This document shows positions 51,816 through 61,392 of a DNA stretch of 64,000 nucleotides, piece by piece. Made by a program: the position numbers and the translations under genes. The stretch covers positions 163,794 to 227,793 of the forward strand of contig JAXHVH010000001.1 in the NCBI GenBank assembly GCA_034189085.1. Direction: 5' to 3'. How positions within the stretch are numbered: position 1 is the first letter of the stretch; each line of letters begins with the position of its first letter. The DNA comes from Bacillota bacterium. Lineage in GTDB: Bacteria; Bacillota; Dethiobacteria; DTU022. The notes below the pieces were generated by a model, which was not told where the DNA came from, ran no database searches, and saw only the letters and a program-made list of their open reading frames with translations.

Positions 51816-53085
51816 GCCTCCTTATCAATACCGCTCTGGCATGTGCCTCCAGGCCTTCAGTCCTGGCCAGGGCAGCAACCTGTGGTGCCGCCTTACTTAA
51901 AGCTTTATTGTTGTAACAGAGAACATGAATCTGCTTCAAAAAATCCGGTACTCCCAGGGCAGAAGTGTAACGGGCCGCCGACCCCGTGGGCAGGACATGA
52001 CTTGATCCAGCCCAGTAATCACCGAGGGGTTCAGGAGTGTGGGGGCCTATAAAAACAGCCCCGGCATTATAAATTTTATCCAGAAAACACCATGCCTCCG
52101 GAATAATTAATTCAAGGTGTTCAGGCGCAATATCATTGACAACATCCCAGGCTTTATCTATATTATCAACACAAATGATTGCCCCCTGTTGATACAGCGA
52201 GCGGGTAGCAATATCTTTGCGCGGGAGATCTTCCATCTGGCTGGTCAGTTCCTCGACAACCGAACCGGCCAGTTCACGAGAATTTGTAACCAGGATCGGC
52301 CGGGAGAGAGGATCGTGCTCAGCTTGAGAAAGCAGATCCGCCGCCACATAATCCGGTTCAGCACTATCATCGGCAACGATCACAATTTCACTGGGGCCAG
52401 CAAGCATATCTATACCGACCCGGCCGAACACCTCTTTTTTAGCTAGAGTGACATAGATGTTACCGGGACCAACAATTTTATCTACTGCCGGAACAGTTTC
52501 TGTCCCGTAAGCCATGGCGGCAACAGCCTGGGCTCCACCAACTTTAAACACTGCTGTTACCCCGTTGTCACGGGCCGCTGCCAGGACCAGGGGGTCGACA
52601 GAACCGTCATGACGAGGTGGCGTACAGATAAAAATATTCTTAACTCCGGCAACTTTGGCCGGTATGACTGTCATCAGAACCGAGGAAGGGTAAACAGCAG
52701 TCCCGCCGGGTATGTATATACCGGTTGAACGCAGAGGAACAACCCTTTGTCCTACCAGCCAGCCCTCTCCTGTATTCCACCAGTCTTCACGGACCTGGCG
52801 GAGGTGAAACTGTTTAATATTATCACCCGTTTGCCTTAGAGCAGCCATCACTTCCGGATCAACCTTATTGAACGCTTCAAGGTACTCTTCATCACTCACG
52901 GCTAGCTCTTTCAACTCAACTTGATCCAGACTGAAAGTGTAATCAAAAAGTGCTTTATCCCCGTGTTTGCGAACTTTTTCGATGATTTTCCTGACAAGCC
53001 GTCTTTCCTGCTTATAATCGGCGACATGCGAAAGGGACCTTTCCTGTTTAAATTCATCATATGAATAGATTGAAAAAGGCATCAT
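51787..53085 (-). CDS. hisD: Histidinol dehydrogenase
   Basis: HisD family over the full length. Start set at ATGATG 53085, which has the strong SD GGAAGGAAG and gives a 432-aa product of family-typical length. The track's ATG at 53148 has only a weak SD. Confidence 0.85.
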   Translation of the reverse strand: MMPFSIYSYDEFKQERSLSHVADYKQERRLVRKIIEKVRKHGDKALFDYTFSLDQVELKELAVSDEEYLEAFNKVDPEVMAALRQTGDNIKQFHLRQVREDWWNTGEGWLVGQRVVPLRSTGIYIPGGTAVYPSSVLMTVIPAKVAGVKNIFICTPPRHDGSVDPLVLAAARDNGVTAVFKVGGAQAVAAMAYGTETVPAVDKIVGPGNIYVTLAKKEVFGRVGIDMLAGPSEIVIVADDSAEPDYVAADLLSQAEHDPLSRPILVTNSRELAGSVVEELTSQMEDLPRKDIATRSLYQQGAIICVDNIDKAWDVVNDIAPEHLELIIPEAWCFLDKIYNAGAVFIGPHTPEPLGDYWAGSSHVLPTGSAARYTSALGVPDFLKQIHVLCYNNKALSKAAPQVAALARTEGLEAHARAVLIRRRENEKTTKN

Positions 53086-53186
53086 CACACTTCCTTCCGC
53101 CCGTACATTTTTTAAAGCGGCCTTGATTCTTCTGGAAAGAACAACCATATGTTAACACAGCCACCGGACAGCGTCAATTAACACCC

Positions 53187-54482
53187 TTAATTGATCAGGG
53201 AACGCATAGCCGCCATAAAACCGGGAAAGGAAATCCCAATTACTTCGGCATCATGAACTATAGTATCTCCCTGTGCAGCAAGCCCGGCAACAGCCAGAGC
53301 CATGGCGATGCGGTGATCACCGCAACTTTCAACATCGTTCCCCACCAGCCGGCTTTCTCCTTCGATAATCATTCCGTCTTTTTTTTCTTCTATCCTGACC
53401 CCGAGACGTTTTAACTGACCGGCCAGGGCGGAGATGCGGTCGGTTTCTTTCACTCTCAGTTCTGCCGCATCTTTTATTTCTGTTTTTCCTTCAGCAACTG
53501 CCGCCGCAACGGCAAGAACCGGTATTTCATCAATAAGACGCGGAATTAGTTCTCCACTTACAGTAATACCTTTTAAAGGTGATCCACCTTTGACAGCAAT
53601 GTCGGCTACCGGTTCCCTTCCCCATAAGCGCCTGTTTATCAACTCCAGCGAAACCCCCATTTCGGTCAGAGCATCCAGGATACCGCTCCGGGTAGGGTTA
53701 ATCCCCACATTCTTTAATAGAATATCCGATTTATCAACAATTGCTGCTGCGACAATAAAAAATGCGGCAGCAGAGAGATCACCGGGAACTCTCACCAGGC
53801 TTCCCTTTAACAGAGGCCGGCCGCTGATAGAAACAGACCGTCCTTTTATTTTAAGTTCCGCCCCGAATTGGGCCAGCAGCAATTCAGTGTGATCACGACT
53901 GCGGCAAGGTTCAACCACTGTAGTTTCCCCTGCGGGATAAAGGCCTGCCAGAATAATCGCCGATTTTACCTGGGCACTGGCCTGCTCAGTCCAGTAATTG
54001 ATTGGATGAAGACCCGATCCTTTTATTTTTAAAGGAAGCTGATCATCTTCTCCCTCAATTATAGATCCCATTAACTTCAGCGGTTTAACTATCCTTTTCA
54101 TCGGCCTCTTTTGGAGAGAATGATCACCGGTAACCACAGCCTGGAATGGCTGACCGGCAAGGATACCCAGCAGCAGTCTTGCCGTTGTCCCTGAATTGCT
54201 GGCATTGAGCACCTGTTCCGGTTCTTTCAATTTCATATTGCGACCTTCAACAAAAAGACGGTTGGCCCTCCTGTTTATTTTTACCCCCAGGGCTTCAAGG
54301 CAGTTGATCGTGGAACGGCAATCTTCCGCATCAAGGAATCCTCGCACTTCTGTAATCCCCCGGGCAAGTGCTCCAATCAGCAATGCCCGATGGGTTATAG
54401 ACTTATCACCGGGCACGTTCAATTCACCAGATAAACATTCAGGCCTTGCCGTTATTATAACCATTTGTGATATACTCCCCAA
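53187..54482 (-). CDS. aroA: 3-phosphoshikimate 1-carboxyvinyltransferase (EPSP synthase)
   Basis: 431 aa; LPGDKSITHRALL N-terminal motif. Confidence 0.9.
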   Translation of the reverse strand: MGSISQMVIITARPECLSGELNVPGDKSITHRALLIGALARGITEVRGFLDAEDCRSTINCLEALGVKINRRANRLFVEGRNMKLKEPEQVLNASNSGTTARLLLGILAGQPFQAVVTGDHSLQKRPMKRIVKPLKLMGSIIEGEDDQLPLKIKGSGLHPINYWTEQASAQVKSAIILAGLYPAGETTVVEPCRSRDHTELLLAQFGAELKIKGRSVSISGRPLLKGSLVRVPGDLSAAAFFIVAAAIVDKSDILLKNVGINPTRSGILDALTEMGVSLELINRRLWGREPVADIAVKGGSPLKGITVSGELIPRLIDEIPVLAVAAAVAEGKTEIKDAAELRVKETDRISALAGQLKRLGVRIEEKKDGMIIEGESRLVGNDVESCGDHRIAMALAVAGLAAQGDTIVHDAEVIGISFPGFMAAMRSLIN

Positions 54483-54645
54483 TTGTTAATTGCAGGGCAG
54501 CCGCTGAAAGAGCCTGCAGCCGGATGCATTAATGAAGTACCTCAGGCCACAGGCACAAAATAGTGGCAGAAACACCCATGTGATATAATAATAAAACAAT
54601 TGCTATGCTGGACGCAAGCGGCAGCATAAAAACAGAGTGGAGTGA

Positions 54646-55548
54646 TTGCTTACGATGGAAATTTTCACCTTATCCGGCCACAGTGGGACTGGAAAAAGTC
54701 ACCAGGCACCGCTTCTGGCCAGAAAATATGGGATAGAATATATAATTGACGATGGCCTTTTAATCAAGGGCAACATGAGCCTGGCCGGGCGCTCTGCAAA
54801 ACGGGAAAACACCCGTTTTGGAGCCATCAAACGTGCTCTCTTTAAAGATCCGGAACATGCAGCCCAGGTCAGGGAAAAACTGGATGAAATCAAACCGGAC
54901 CGTATTTTAATCCTGGGCACCTCCCGTCGGATGGCTGAAATGATCGCTCAAAACCTGGGACTGCCGGAACCTCAATACCAGTTTACAATCGAAGAAGTAT
55001 CGGATCCTGAATCTATCAAGACGGCTCTCACTGTCCGGGCTAAGGAAAACCGTCACGTTATTCCCCTGCCAACCTTCGCCATAAAAAAGGAGTTCCCCGG
55101 CTACATCATCAACCCGCTGCGCTCATTTTTCAGCCTCCCGGCGGCACATTCTGGCGATGTCCCGGTTGAACAGTCAGTGGTCCGCCCTATTTTCAGTTCA
55201 CTGGGTAGTTTCTTCATTGCCGAACATGTAATTAATGACCTGATCAGTTACGTAGTACAAAAAGTGCCGGGCGTTTACCGGATCCTTCATATTGATCTGA
55301 GAAACGGCAGCAGTAAAGTGATTCTTAACGTAGACCTTTCTATATCGCTCCCCGACATACCGGAAATGCGGATAGATCTGCTGCTTAAAGAAGTTCAGCA
55401 AACATTAAAGGAAGAAATTGAATACCAGACCGGTTTTTATCTTGATGAAGTCAGAGTCTGTGCCCGAAAGCTGCACCTCAGTGAAAAAGCTCGAAAGGAA
55501 AGAGAACTGCTGCGCAGCGAAAGAATTTCTCATCTTTCTTCCTCTTAA
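54646..55548 (+). CDS. Two-domain hypothetical protein: N-terminal P-loop NTPase (kinase-like) fused to C-terminal Asp23/Gls24 (DUF322) domain
   Basis: Walker A LSGHSGTGKS near the N-terminus. The C-terminal 100 aa (VPGVYRILHIDLRNGSSKVILNVDLSISLPDIPEMRIDLLLKEVQQTLKEEIEYQTGFYLDEVRV) follow the Asp23 family pattern. A TGTGATATAAT extended -10 lies upstream. Confidence 0.6.
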   Translation: MLTMEIFTLSGHSGTGKSHQAPLLARKYGIEYIIDDGLLIKGNMSLAGRSAKRENTRFGAIKRALFKDPEHAAQVREKLDEIKPDRILILGTSRRMAEMIAQNLGLPEPQYQFTIEEVSDPESIKTALTVRAKENRHVIPLPTFAIKKEFPGYIINPLRSFFSLPAAHSGDVPVEQSVVRPIFSSLGSFFIAEHVINDLISYVVQKVPGVYRILHIDLRNGSSKVILNVDLSISLPDIPEMRIDLLLKEVQQTLKEEIEYQTGFYLDEVRVCARKLHLSEKARKERELLRSERISHLSSS

Positions 55549-56345
55549 TCTTCACTTATTCTCCACTCGTGGGTGTAAACATTGAACCGTTTGCCCCTGA
55601 CAAAACCGATCAGGGTTATGTTTAATTTTTCAGCTAGATTAACGGAAAGTGACGTGGGAGCCGCTCGTGAAATGAGGAGCTGTATTTTTAGTTTGGCTGC
55701 TTTGAGTAATATTTCCGAGCTGATGCGGCCGCTGGAAACTATGATTTTATCTTCAGCCGTTATGCCCTGCAGAAGAGATTCACCGATTATTTTATCCAGA
55801 GCATTGTGCCTTCCAATATCCTCAAAAGTAATCAGCAGTCGACGGCATTCAGCCATTGCTGCAATATGGGTACCTCCTGTCAAACGGAAAAGATCTCCTT
55901 TCGACTGCAGTTCATCCATCAATAATCGCACCTGTTCAGGCGTAATTTGTAATTTACCTGTTACAGGGCTGCCAAGCACTGAATCGAGGGCATTGTAGAA
56001 AACTGTCCCTTTACCGCATCCGGAAGTAATCATCCGCCGGCCAAAGAGTTTACCGGCCAAAACTTTATCATTTTTCAGTTCAATTTCCACCAGGCCTTTT
56101 TTTTCATCAACTCGCAGCGAAGAAACATCATTCAGCGCTGAAATGAGCCCTTCCGAGCGAAGGAAACCGAGAGCCAGCCGGTCTGTCTTTTTCGGGGTAC
56201 ATAAAAGGGTAATCAGTTCTTCACCGTTCAGATAAATAGTCAGGGGAGCTTCAATTGTGACGGAATCTATGACCTCTTCCCTTTTTCTGCCCTCGTGATA
56301 TCGCCATATTTTTTTTTCTGTTATGACATTCTGATCCGTTTTACT
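55545..56345 (-). CDS. fdhD: FdhD-family sulfurtransferase (formate dehydrogenase accessory protein) with no canonical start for its N-terminal third; possible pseudogene or assembly error
   Basis: GRHNALDK and SGCGKG FdhD motifs in 55545-56090. FdhD homology (IWRYHEG...EAPLTIYLNGEELITLLCTPKKTDRLALGFLRSEGLI) continues in-frame up to the stop at 56346-56348. No ATG, GTG or TTG occurs in those 85 codons. A T9 homopolymer lies at 56309-56317. Confidence 0.6.
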   Translation of the reverse strand, partial: SKTDQNVITEKKIWRYHEGRKREEVIDSVTIEAPLTIYLNGEELITLLCTPKKTDRLALGFLRSEGLISALNDVSSLRVDEKKGLVEIELKNDKVLAGKLFGRRMITSGCGKGTVFYNALDSVLGSPVTGKLQITPEQVRLLMDELQSKGDLFRLTGGTHIAAMAECRRLLITFEDIGRHNALDKIIGESLLQGITAEDKIIVSSGRISSEILLKAAKLKIQLLISRAAPTSLSVNLAEKLNITLIGFVRGKRFNVYTHEWRISED

Positions 56346-56369
56346 TCATTCCCTTCATGCCGGCTTCCT

Positions 56370-57720
56370 TCATTCAATCAGGCCGTTTCTGGCGATCACT
56401 TCCCTGTACCAGGAAGCACTCTTTTTTAGATATCGCTTCTGGGATTGAAAATCAACATAGATCAGGCCAAAGCGTTTACTGTAACTGAAAGCCCATTCAA
56501 AATTATCCATCAGGCTCCATACAAAATATCCTTTAAAAGGCACTCCATCAACAATGGCCTGTTGAGCTTCCAGTAAATAATGATGCAAATATTTGATTCT
56601 ATCTTCATCACCGACAGAACCGTCCTCATTCAGTTGATCGGCAAAAGCAACTCCATTTTCAGTTATATAAAGCGGCAAAGGACCGTATTCGTGGTGGATA
56701 CGGATCAGAAGTTCATACAACCCGCGGGGATATATTTCCCAGCCCATTTCTGTATACTTGGCATCAGGAGGATTAACCGGATTTCCGGTGAAAGCATCTT
56801 CATCATTGCTGACTTCAACAAGAATGCGCGTATAATTGTTTATCCCGAGAAAATCAAGCGGCCTGGAGAACAAAGCGGCATCTTCCTTACTGATTGCCGG
56901 CACATCAAAAGAACAGGAAAAAATTTCAATCATATCAGCAGGATAGGACCCTTTGAAAAGGGGATTAAGAAACCAGCGGTTCATAAAACCATCGGAGTGC
57001 CTGGCAGCTTCCCGATCAGGAGATCTGTCTGTCAGGGGCTGAACAGGCGCCAGATTCAGGGTGATGCCGATTGATTCATCTTTTCTTTTCGATTCCCGAA
57101 AGGTATTAACAGCAAGGCCATAGGCAAGTAAAAGATGATGGGTGACCAGCAGGGCTGCATTAAAATCGTTTATACCCGGGGCATGGATTCCAAAAGCATG
57201 TCCGAGAGAGGCAAACACCCATGGTTGATTAATGGTGATCCACATGTCTACGTACTTGTCCATATTTTCAAAAACCGAGGCGGCATATTCTTCGAAATAA
57301 CGGGCTGTGTCCCGGTTTCCCCATTCTCCCCTTTCCTGCAAAGCCTGGGGCAGATCCCAGTGGTAAAGGGTTATCACAGTCTTAATGCCATTGCTGTGAA
57401 GCTGCTCCACCAGCCGGCGGTAAAAATCGACCCTTTTCCTGTTGATCCGTCCTCTGCCCTGTGGAAATAGGCGAGGCCATGAAATGGAAAATCGGTAGGC
57501 CTTGAGGCCCAGAGAAGACATGAGATCCACATCTTCTTTGTGCAGGTGGTAATGATCGCAGGCTCTATCACCAGTTTCCTGATTCCAGATTGTACGGGAG
57601 TATGTGTGAAAGGATCCCAAATTGATTCTCCTTTCCCATCGACATCCGGCACTCCTTCGATTTGATATGAAGAAGTGGCTGCCCCCAGATGAATCCTTTG
57701 GGAAGGATTTTTTCTCCCAT
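56370..57720 (-). pseudogene. bglA: GH1 family beta-glucosidase disrupted by two 1-nt deletions near the 5' end
   Basis: The N-terminal GH1 motifs lie in three different frames: [13 protein letters not shown], then [30 protein letters not shown], then [16 protein letters not shown] and the remaining 416 aa (ITENG, YHWDLP). The shifts occur at a C5/G5 run at 57682-57686 and at CGGG near 57594-57597. Confidence 0.7.
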
Positions 57721-57968
57721 TGCCTTTACCTCCACAGAACAATTTTTTACATGACTGAATCGGGGATGCATTACTTCTAAATGACCGGCCATTTGTGGTG
57801 TCCCCACCTGCTCTTATTATGAAGGCCGCTTTGCGGATTCTTCAGACTCCGCTGAAAATCATCTCCAAATCATCCCAGAGGGCAGAAGCATCAACCGCCG
57901 GTTCACGGGCTCCCGCAAGACTGATTGTTCCCGACGCCGCTTTAATTTACCGGCCTTCAATTGTTAAT

Positions 57969-59786
57969 TTAACTGCTCACATCAGCTTTCCTCTCCACCG
58001 GTGTAATCATAATACAGTTCTCCGGGCACCGTTCAATACAGCTGCCGCAGCGGGTGCAGAGGTCCTGGTCGATTTCATGCGGTTCTTTTTTTTGACCATT
58101 AATGGCATTTACGGGACATACTCTGGCACAGGCAGTACAACCTGTACATCTTTCTGCCTCGATCTTATAGCTAAAGAGGGGCTTGCAAACCCCGGATCGG
58201 CAGAATTTATCATTGATGTGTTCTTCATATTCATGCCGGAAATAACGGATAGTGCTTAAAACCGGGTTGGGGCTGGTTTGCCCCAGGCCGCAGAGAGAAC
58301 TATCCTTGATCGATTGGGCCAGGCTTTCCAGGGTATCGATGTCCTCCGGTTTACCCTCTCCTTCAGTGATTCTATTGAGAATTTCCAGCATTCTCTTGGT
58401 TCCCTCACGGCAGGGAATACATTTGCCGCAGGATTCTTTTTGGGTGAAGCTCAGGAAATAGCGGGCCAGGTCGACCATGCAGGTTTGCTCATCCATGACC
58501 ACCAGTCCGCCCGAACCCATAATTGCCCCGGCCTTGTTCAGGGAATCATAGTCAATAGGCAAATCAAGCATTTCGGCGGGAATGCAGCCGCCCGAAGGGC
58601 CGCCGGCCTGGACAGCTTTAAATTCCCGACCTCCCTTTATTCCCCCTCCCACATCATAAATAATTTCTCTGATCGTAATACCCATCGGGACCTCGCAGAG
58701 ACCGGTATTGCGAACTTTTCCGGCCAGGGCAAAAACCTTGGTCCCCTTGCTGCCCCCAGTGCCAATTTTAATATATTTTTCCACTCCGCCCTCTTTCACA
58801 ATCTGGGAGATATTGGCCAGTGTTTCAACATTGTTGATAGTGGTTGGTTTACCAAACAGGCCTGACTTTGAGGGGAAAGGCGGCCGCGGGCGTGGCATCC
58901 CTCTTTTCCCTTCGATGGAAGCGAGTAAAGCCGTTTCTTCACCGCAGACAAAGGCTCCTGCTCCTTCCTTTATATTAATGTTAAAATTAAAACCGGAATC
59001 GAGAATATTTTCGCCCAGCAACCCATATTCTTCAGCCTGCTTAATGGCCAGTTTCAATCTCTTTATAGCCAGAGGATATTCCGCCCGGCAGTAAATATAC
59101 CCCTCATCGGCACCGGTTACACAGCCGCAGACAAGCATTCCCTCGAGAATAGAATGCGGATCCCCTTCCAGGATACTGCGATCCATAAAAGCACCGGGGT
59201 CACCTTCGTCAGCATTGCATACAACATATTTCTTGGAACCGGGCTCCTTCATAGCTAATTCCCATTTTAAACCGGTTGAAAAACCGGCTCCCCCACGTCC
59301 GCGCAGCCCGGACGATTTGACTTCTTCACATATATTGGCCGGTTCCATTTGCAATGCCCGGGTTAAAGCACGGTAGCCTCCTCGCATAATATATTCATCA
59401 ATGTTTTCCGGATCTATTAGCCCGCTGTTGCGCAGGACATTGAACTTCTGCTTGGCATAGAAAGGAATCGTATCATAAAAATGGGCCGGGGCTTCCACAT
59501 CAGGCCCTTTATAGAGAAGCCTCTCCACTATTTCACCTCCCAAGAGGTGTTTTTCCACGATTTCCGGGATATCTTTCGGTTTGAGGCGGCAGTAAAACAC
59601 TTCATCCGGATAAATCACCATTATCGGGCCTACCTCGCAAAATCCGGGGCAGCCGCTCATCACCACGCGAAATTTATCCTTGATGCTTTGTTTTTCCAGC
59701 TCAGTTCGCAGCGCTTCCTCAAATAACTGTGAACCAGATGCCAGGCATCCTGTGGCACCGCAGATCATAAGATGCTTTTCATACAA
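57969..59786 (-). CDS. hndC: NuoF-like NAD(P)H-binding iron-sulfur flavoprotein (HndC/HydB-type: N-terminal thioredoxin-like 2Fe-2S, 51-kDa core, C-terminal 2x[4Fe-4S])
   Basis: 605 aa; N-terminal CGATGC, NuoF FMN/NADH core, C-terminal CTGCTACARVCP and CTRCGSCIERCP ferredoxin motifs; TTG start with GGAGG SD. Confidence 0.85.
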   Translation of the reverse strand: MYEKHLMICGATGCLASGSQLFEEALRTELEKQSIKDKFRVVMSGCPGFCEVGPIMVIYPDEVFYCRLKPKDIPEIVEKHLLGGEIVERLLYKGPDVEAPAHFYDTIPFYAKQKFNVLRNSGLIDPENIDEYIMRGGYRALTRALQMEPANICEEVKSSGLRGRGGAGFSTGLKWELAMKEPGSKKYVVCNADEGDPGAFMDRSILEGDPHSILEGMLVCGCVTGADEGYIYCRAEYPLAIKRLKLAIKQAEEYGLLGENILDSGFNFNINIKEGAGAFVCGEETALLASIEGKRGMPRPRPPFPSKSGLFGKPTTINNVETLANISQIVKEGGVEKYIKIGTGGSKGTKVFALAGKVRNTGLCEVPMGITIREIIYDVGGGIKGGREFKAVQAGGPSGGCIPAEMLDLPIDYDSLNKAGAIMGSGGLVVMDEQTCMVDLARYFLSFTQKESCGKCIPCREGTKRMLEILNRITEGEGKPEDIDTLESLAQSIKDSSLCGLGQTSPNPVLSTIRYFRHEYEEHINDKFCRSGVCKPLFSYKIEAERCTGCTACARVCPVNAINGQKKEPHEIDQDLCTRCGSCIERCPENCIMITPVERKADVSS

Positions 59787-59827
59787 GTTATTCTTACCTC
59801 CCCCCTGAACTGTTAAACGCCCTTCTC

Positions 59828-60319
59828 CTATTGATATTTATCTAAAATTTTTTGTACTTTATCGGCAGTCAGCCTTCCGTGCGGCTCGTTGTTGATTGTA
59901 ATAACGGGAGCCAGGGCACAGGCCCCGATACAGGCAACTTCCTCCAGGGTAAAGCGCAGATCGTCGGTTGTTTCACCATTTTCAATACCGAGGATCTCTT
60001 CAATCCGCGCTGCAATTTTCGGACTACCCTGAATGTGGCAGGCTGTCCCCTTGCAGACCCTGATAATATTGCGTCCCCGCGGTTTCAGCTTAAACTGGGC
60101 ATAAAAAGTAGCCACCCCGTAAAGCCGGCTGAGAGGAATACGCATTAGATAGGAAACTCTCTCCATAGCCGGGCGAGGTAAATAACCGTAATGTTCCTGA
60201 ACTTTTTGGAGAATGGGAATAACCATCTCCTTTTTCCCGTAATAAGGTGTGACAATTTCATCGATAGCATTGAGATCAATTTTTTCCTCAATATCCGAAA
60301 TCGCAACGTTCGAATTCAT
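59828..60319 (-). CDS. hndA: NuoE-like [2Fe-2S] thioredoxin-like subunit (HndA/HydC-type)
   Basis: NuoE family pattern (VCKGTACHIQGSPKI...CIGACALAPV). ATG 60319 has the strong SD GGAGGT. Confidence 0.85.
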   Translation of the reverse strand: MNSNVAISDIEEKIDLNAIDEIVTPYYGKKEMVIPILQKVQEHYGYLPRPAMERVSYLMRIPLSRLYGVATFYAQFKLKPRGRNIIRVCKGTACHIQGSPKIAARIEEILGIENGETTDDLRFTLEEVACIGACALAPVITINNEPHGRLTADKVQKILDKYQ

Positions 60320-60435
60320 TTTATTACCTCCATTCTCAGGGCACAATTGCTTCTGTGCTATTGTTTCAAATAACCCTTATTACTACTTAAATAATTACTC
60401 ATGTTATGGCAGCAATCCTGCCGGGCTCCGGATAT

Positions 60436-61131
60436 TTATTCTGCCAGCTTTAGTGGGGTAAACAAAATGCCATCCGCAGCTATGAAGTAATACCGGACAC
60501 CGTTCCTTTCCCCCTGAAAAATATAGTCACGCCCGCTGTCATGAATGTGGCCGAAGACACAGGCAGCCACTCCATATTCTTCCAGAAGATCAGTGAAGGC
60601 ACTCTGCTGCCCCCGCCGTGGAAAGGGGGGGAAATGAATAGCGGCAATCAGGGTTGCTGAAGATGAAGGAGCAGCACTTTCCAGTGATAATCTCAAGCGC
60701 TGCACTTCGCGCTGATATATTTTTTGATCATGATCGCTGTCAAATCCGTCTTCACCGGGGCAGATCCAGCCCCTGGTTCCGCATACAATATAATCGCCCC
60801 ATACAAAATGATCATTCTGCAGGGCATAAACCGAGAACGGAAGCTCTTCCCTTACTTTACTGATAGATGACCACCAGTAGTCATGATTGCCTTTGACCAA
60901 AACCTTGGTTCCGTTAAGAGAATTTAGCCACTGTAAATCTTCAGCAGCCTCATGCAGGTGCATAGCCCATGATATATCACCGGCCACAATAACCAGATCT
61001 TTTTCTCCAACAACGCGTTGCCAGTTATCCCTGATCTTTTCAGTGTGTCCGACCCATTCCGGCCCAAATATATCCATCAGTTTATCCAACCCGTGGGACA
61101 GATGAAGATCTCCAATAGCATAAATAGCCAT
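60436..61131 (-). CDS. Calcineurin-like metallophosphoesterase
   Basis: MAIYAIGDLHL...GDISW...GNHD metallophosphatase motifs; the alternative TTG start at 61161 adds 10 aa. Confidence 0.7.
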   Translation of the reverse strand: MAIYAIGDLHLSHGLDKLMDIFGPEWVGHTEKIRDNWQRVVGEKDLVIVAGDISWAMHLHEAAEDLQWLNSLNGTKVLVKGNHDYWWSSISKVREELPFSVYALQNDHFVWGDYIVCGTRGWICPGEDGFDSDHDQKIYQREVQRLRLSLESAAPSSSATLIAAIHFPPFPRRGQQSAFTDLLEEYGVAACVFGHIHDSGRDYIFQGERNGVRYYFIAADGILFTPLKLAE

Positions 61132-61299
61132 ATCTAAACTCCAAGTATAATATGCCGGCAAACCAGAAAAACAGCAATCTTTAAACTGTGCCTCCCCGTC
61201 TCAACAACCGGCTTAAAACACAAAACCCCCTTAATATTACTAAAAGGACAAGAAGAATGCAAAAGGACCTTTTTTCTACTTATTGATACTAATTACAGC

Positions 61300-61350
61300 G
61301 AAAACTAAGCTTTACAAATATTTTAATAAAATGATATAATGTCGCCGTAG
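61300..61350 (+). promoter_or_regulatory. Putative sigma-A promoter for the tetR-family gene (TTTACA ... TGATATAAT)
   Basis: Plus strand reads GCTTTACAAATATTTTAATAAAATGATATAATG about 45 nt upstream of ATG 61393. Confidence 0.4.
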
Positions 61351-61392
61351 TTCATTTTTCATCTCATCCTGTTCAAGGAGGTCGGAATAAAA

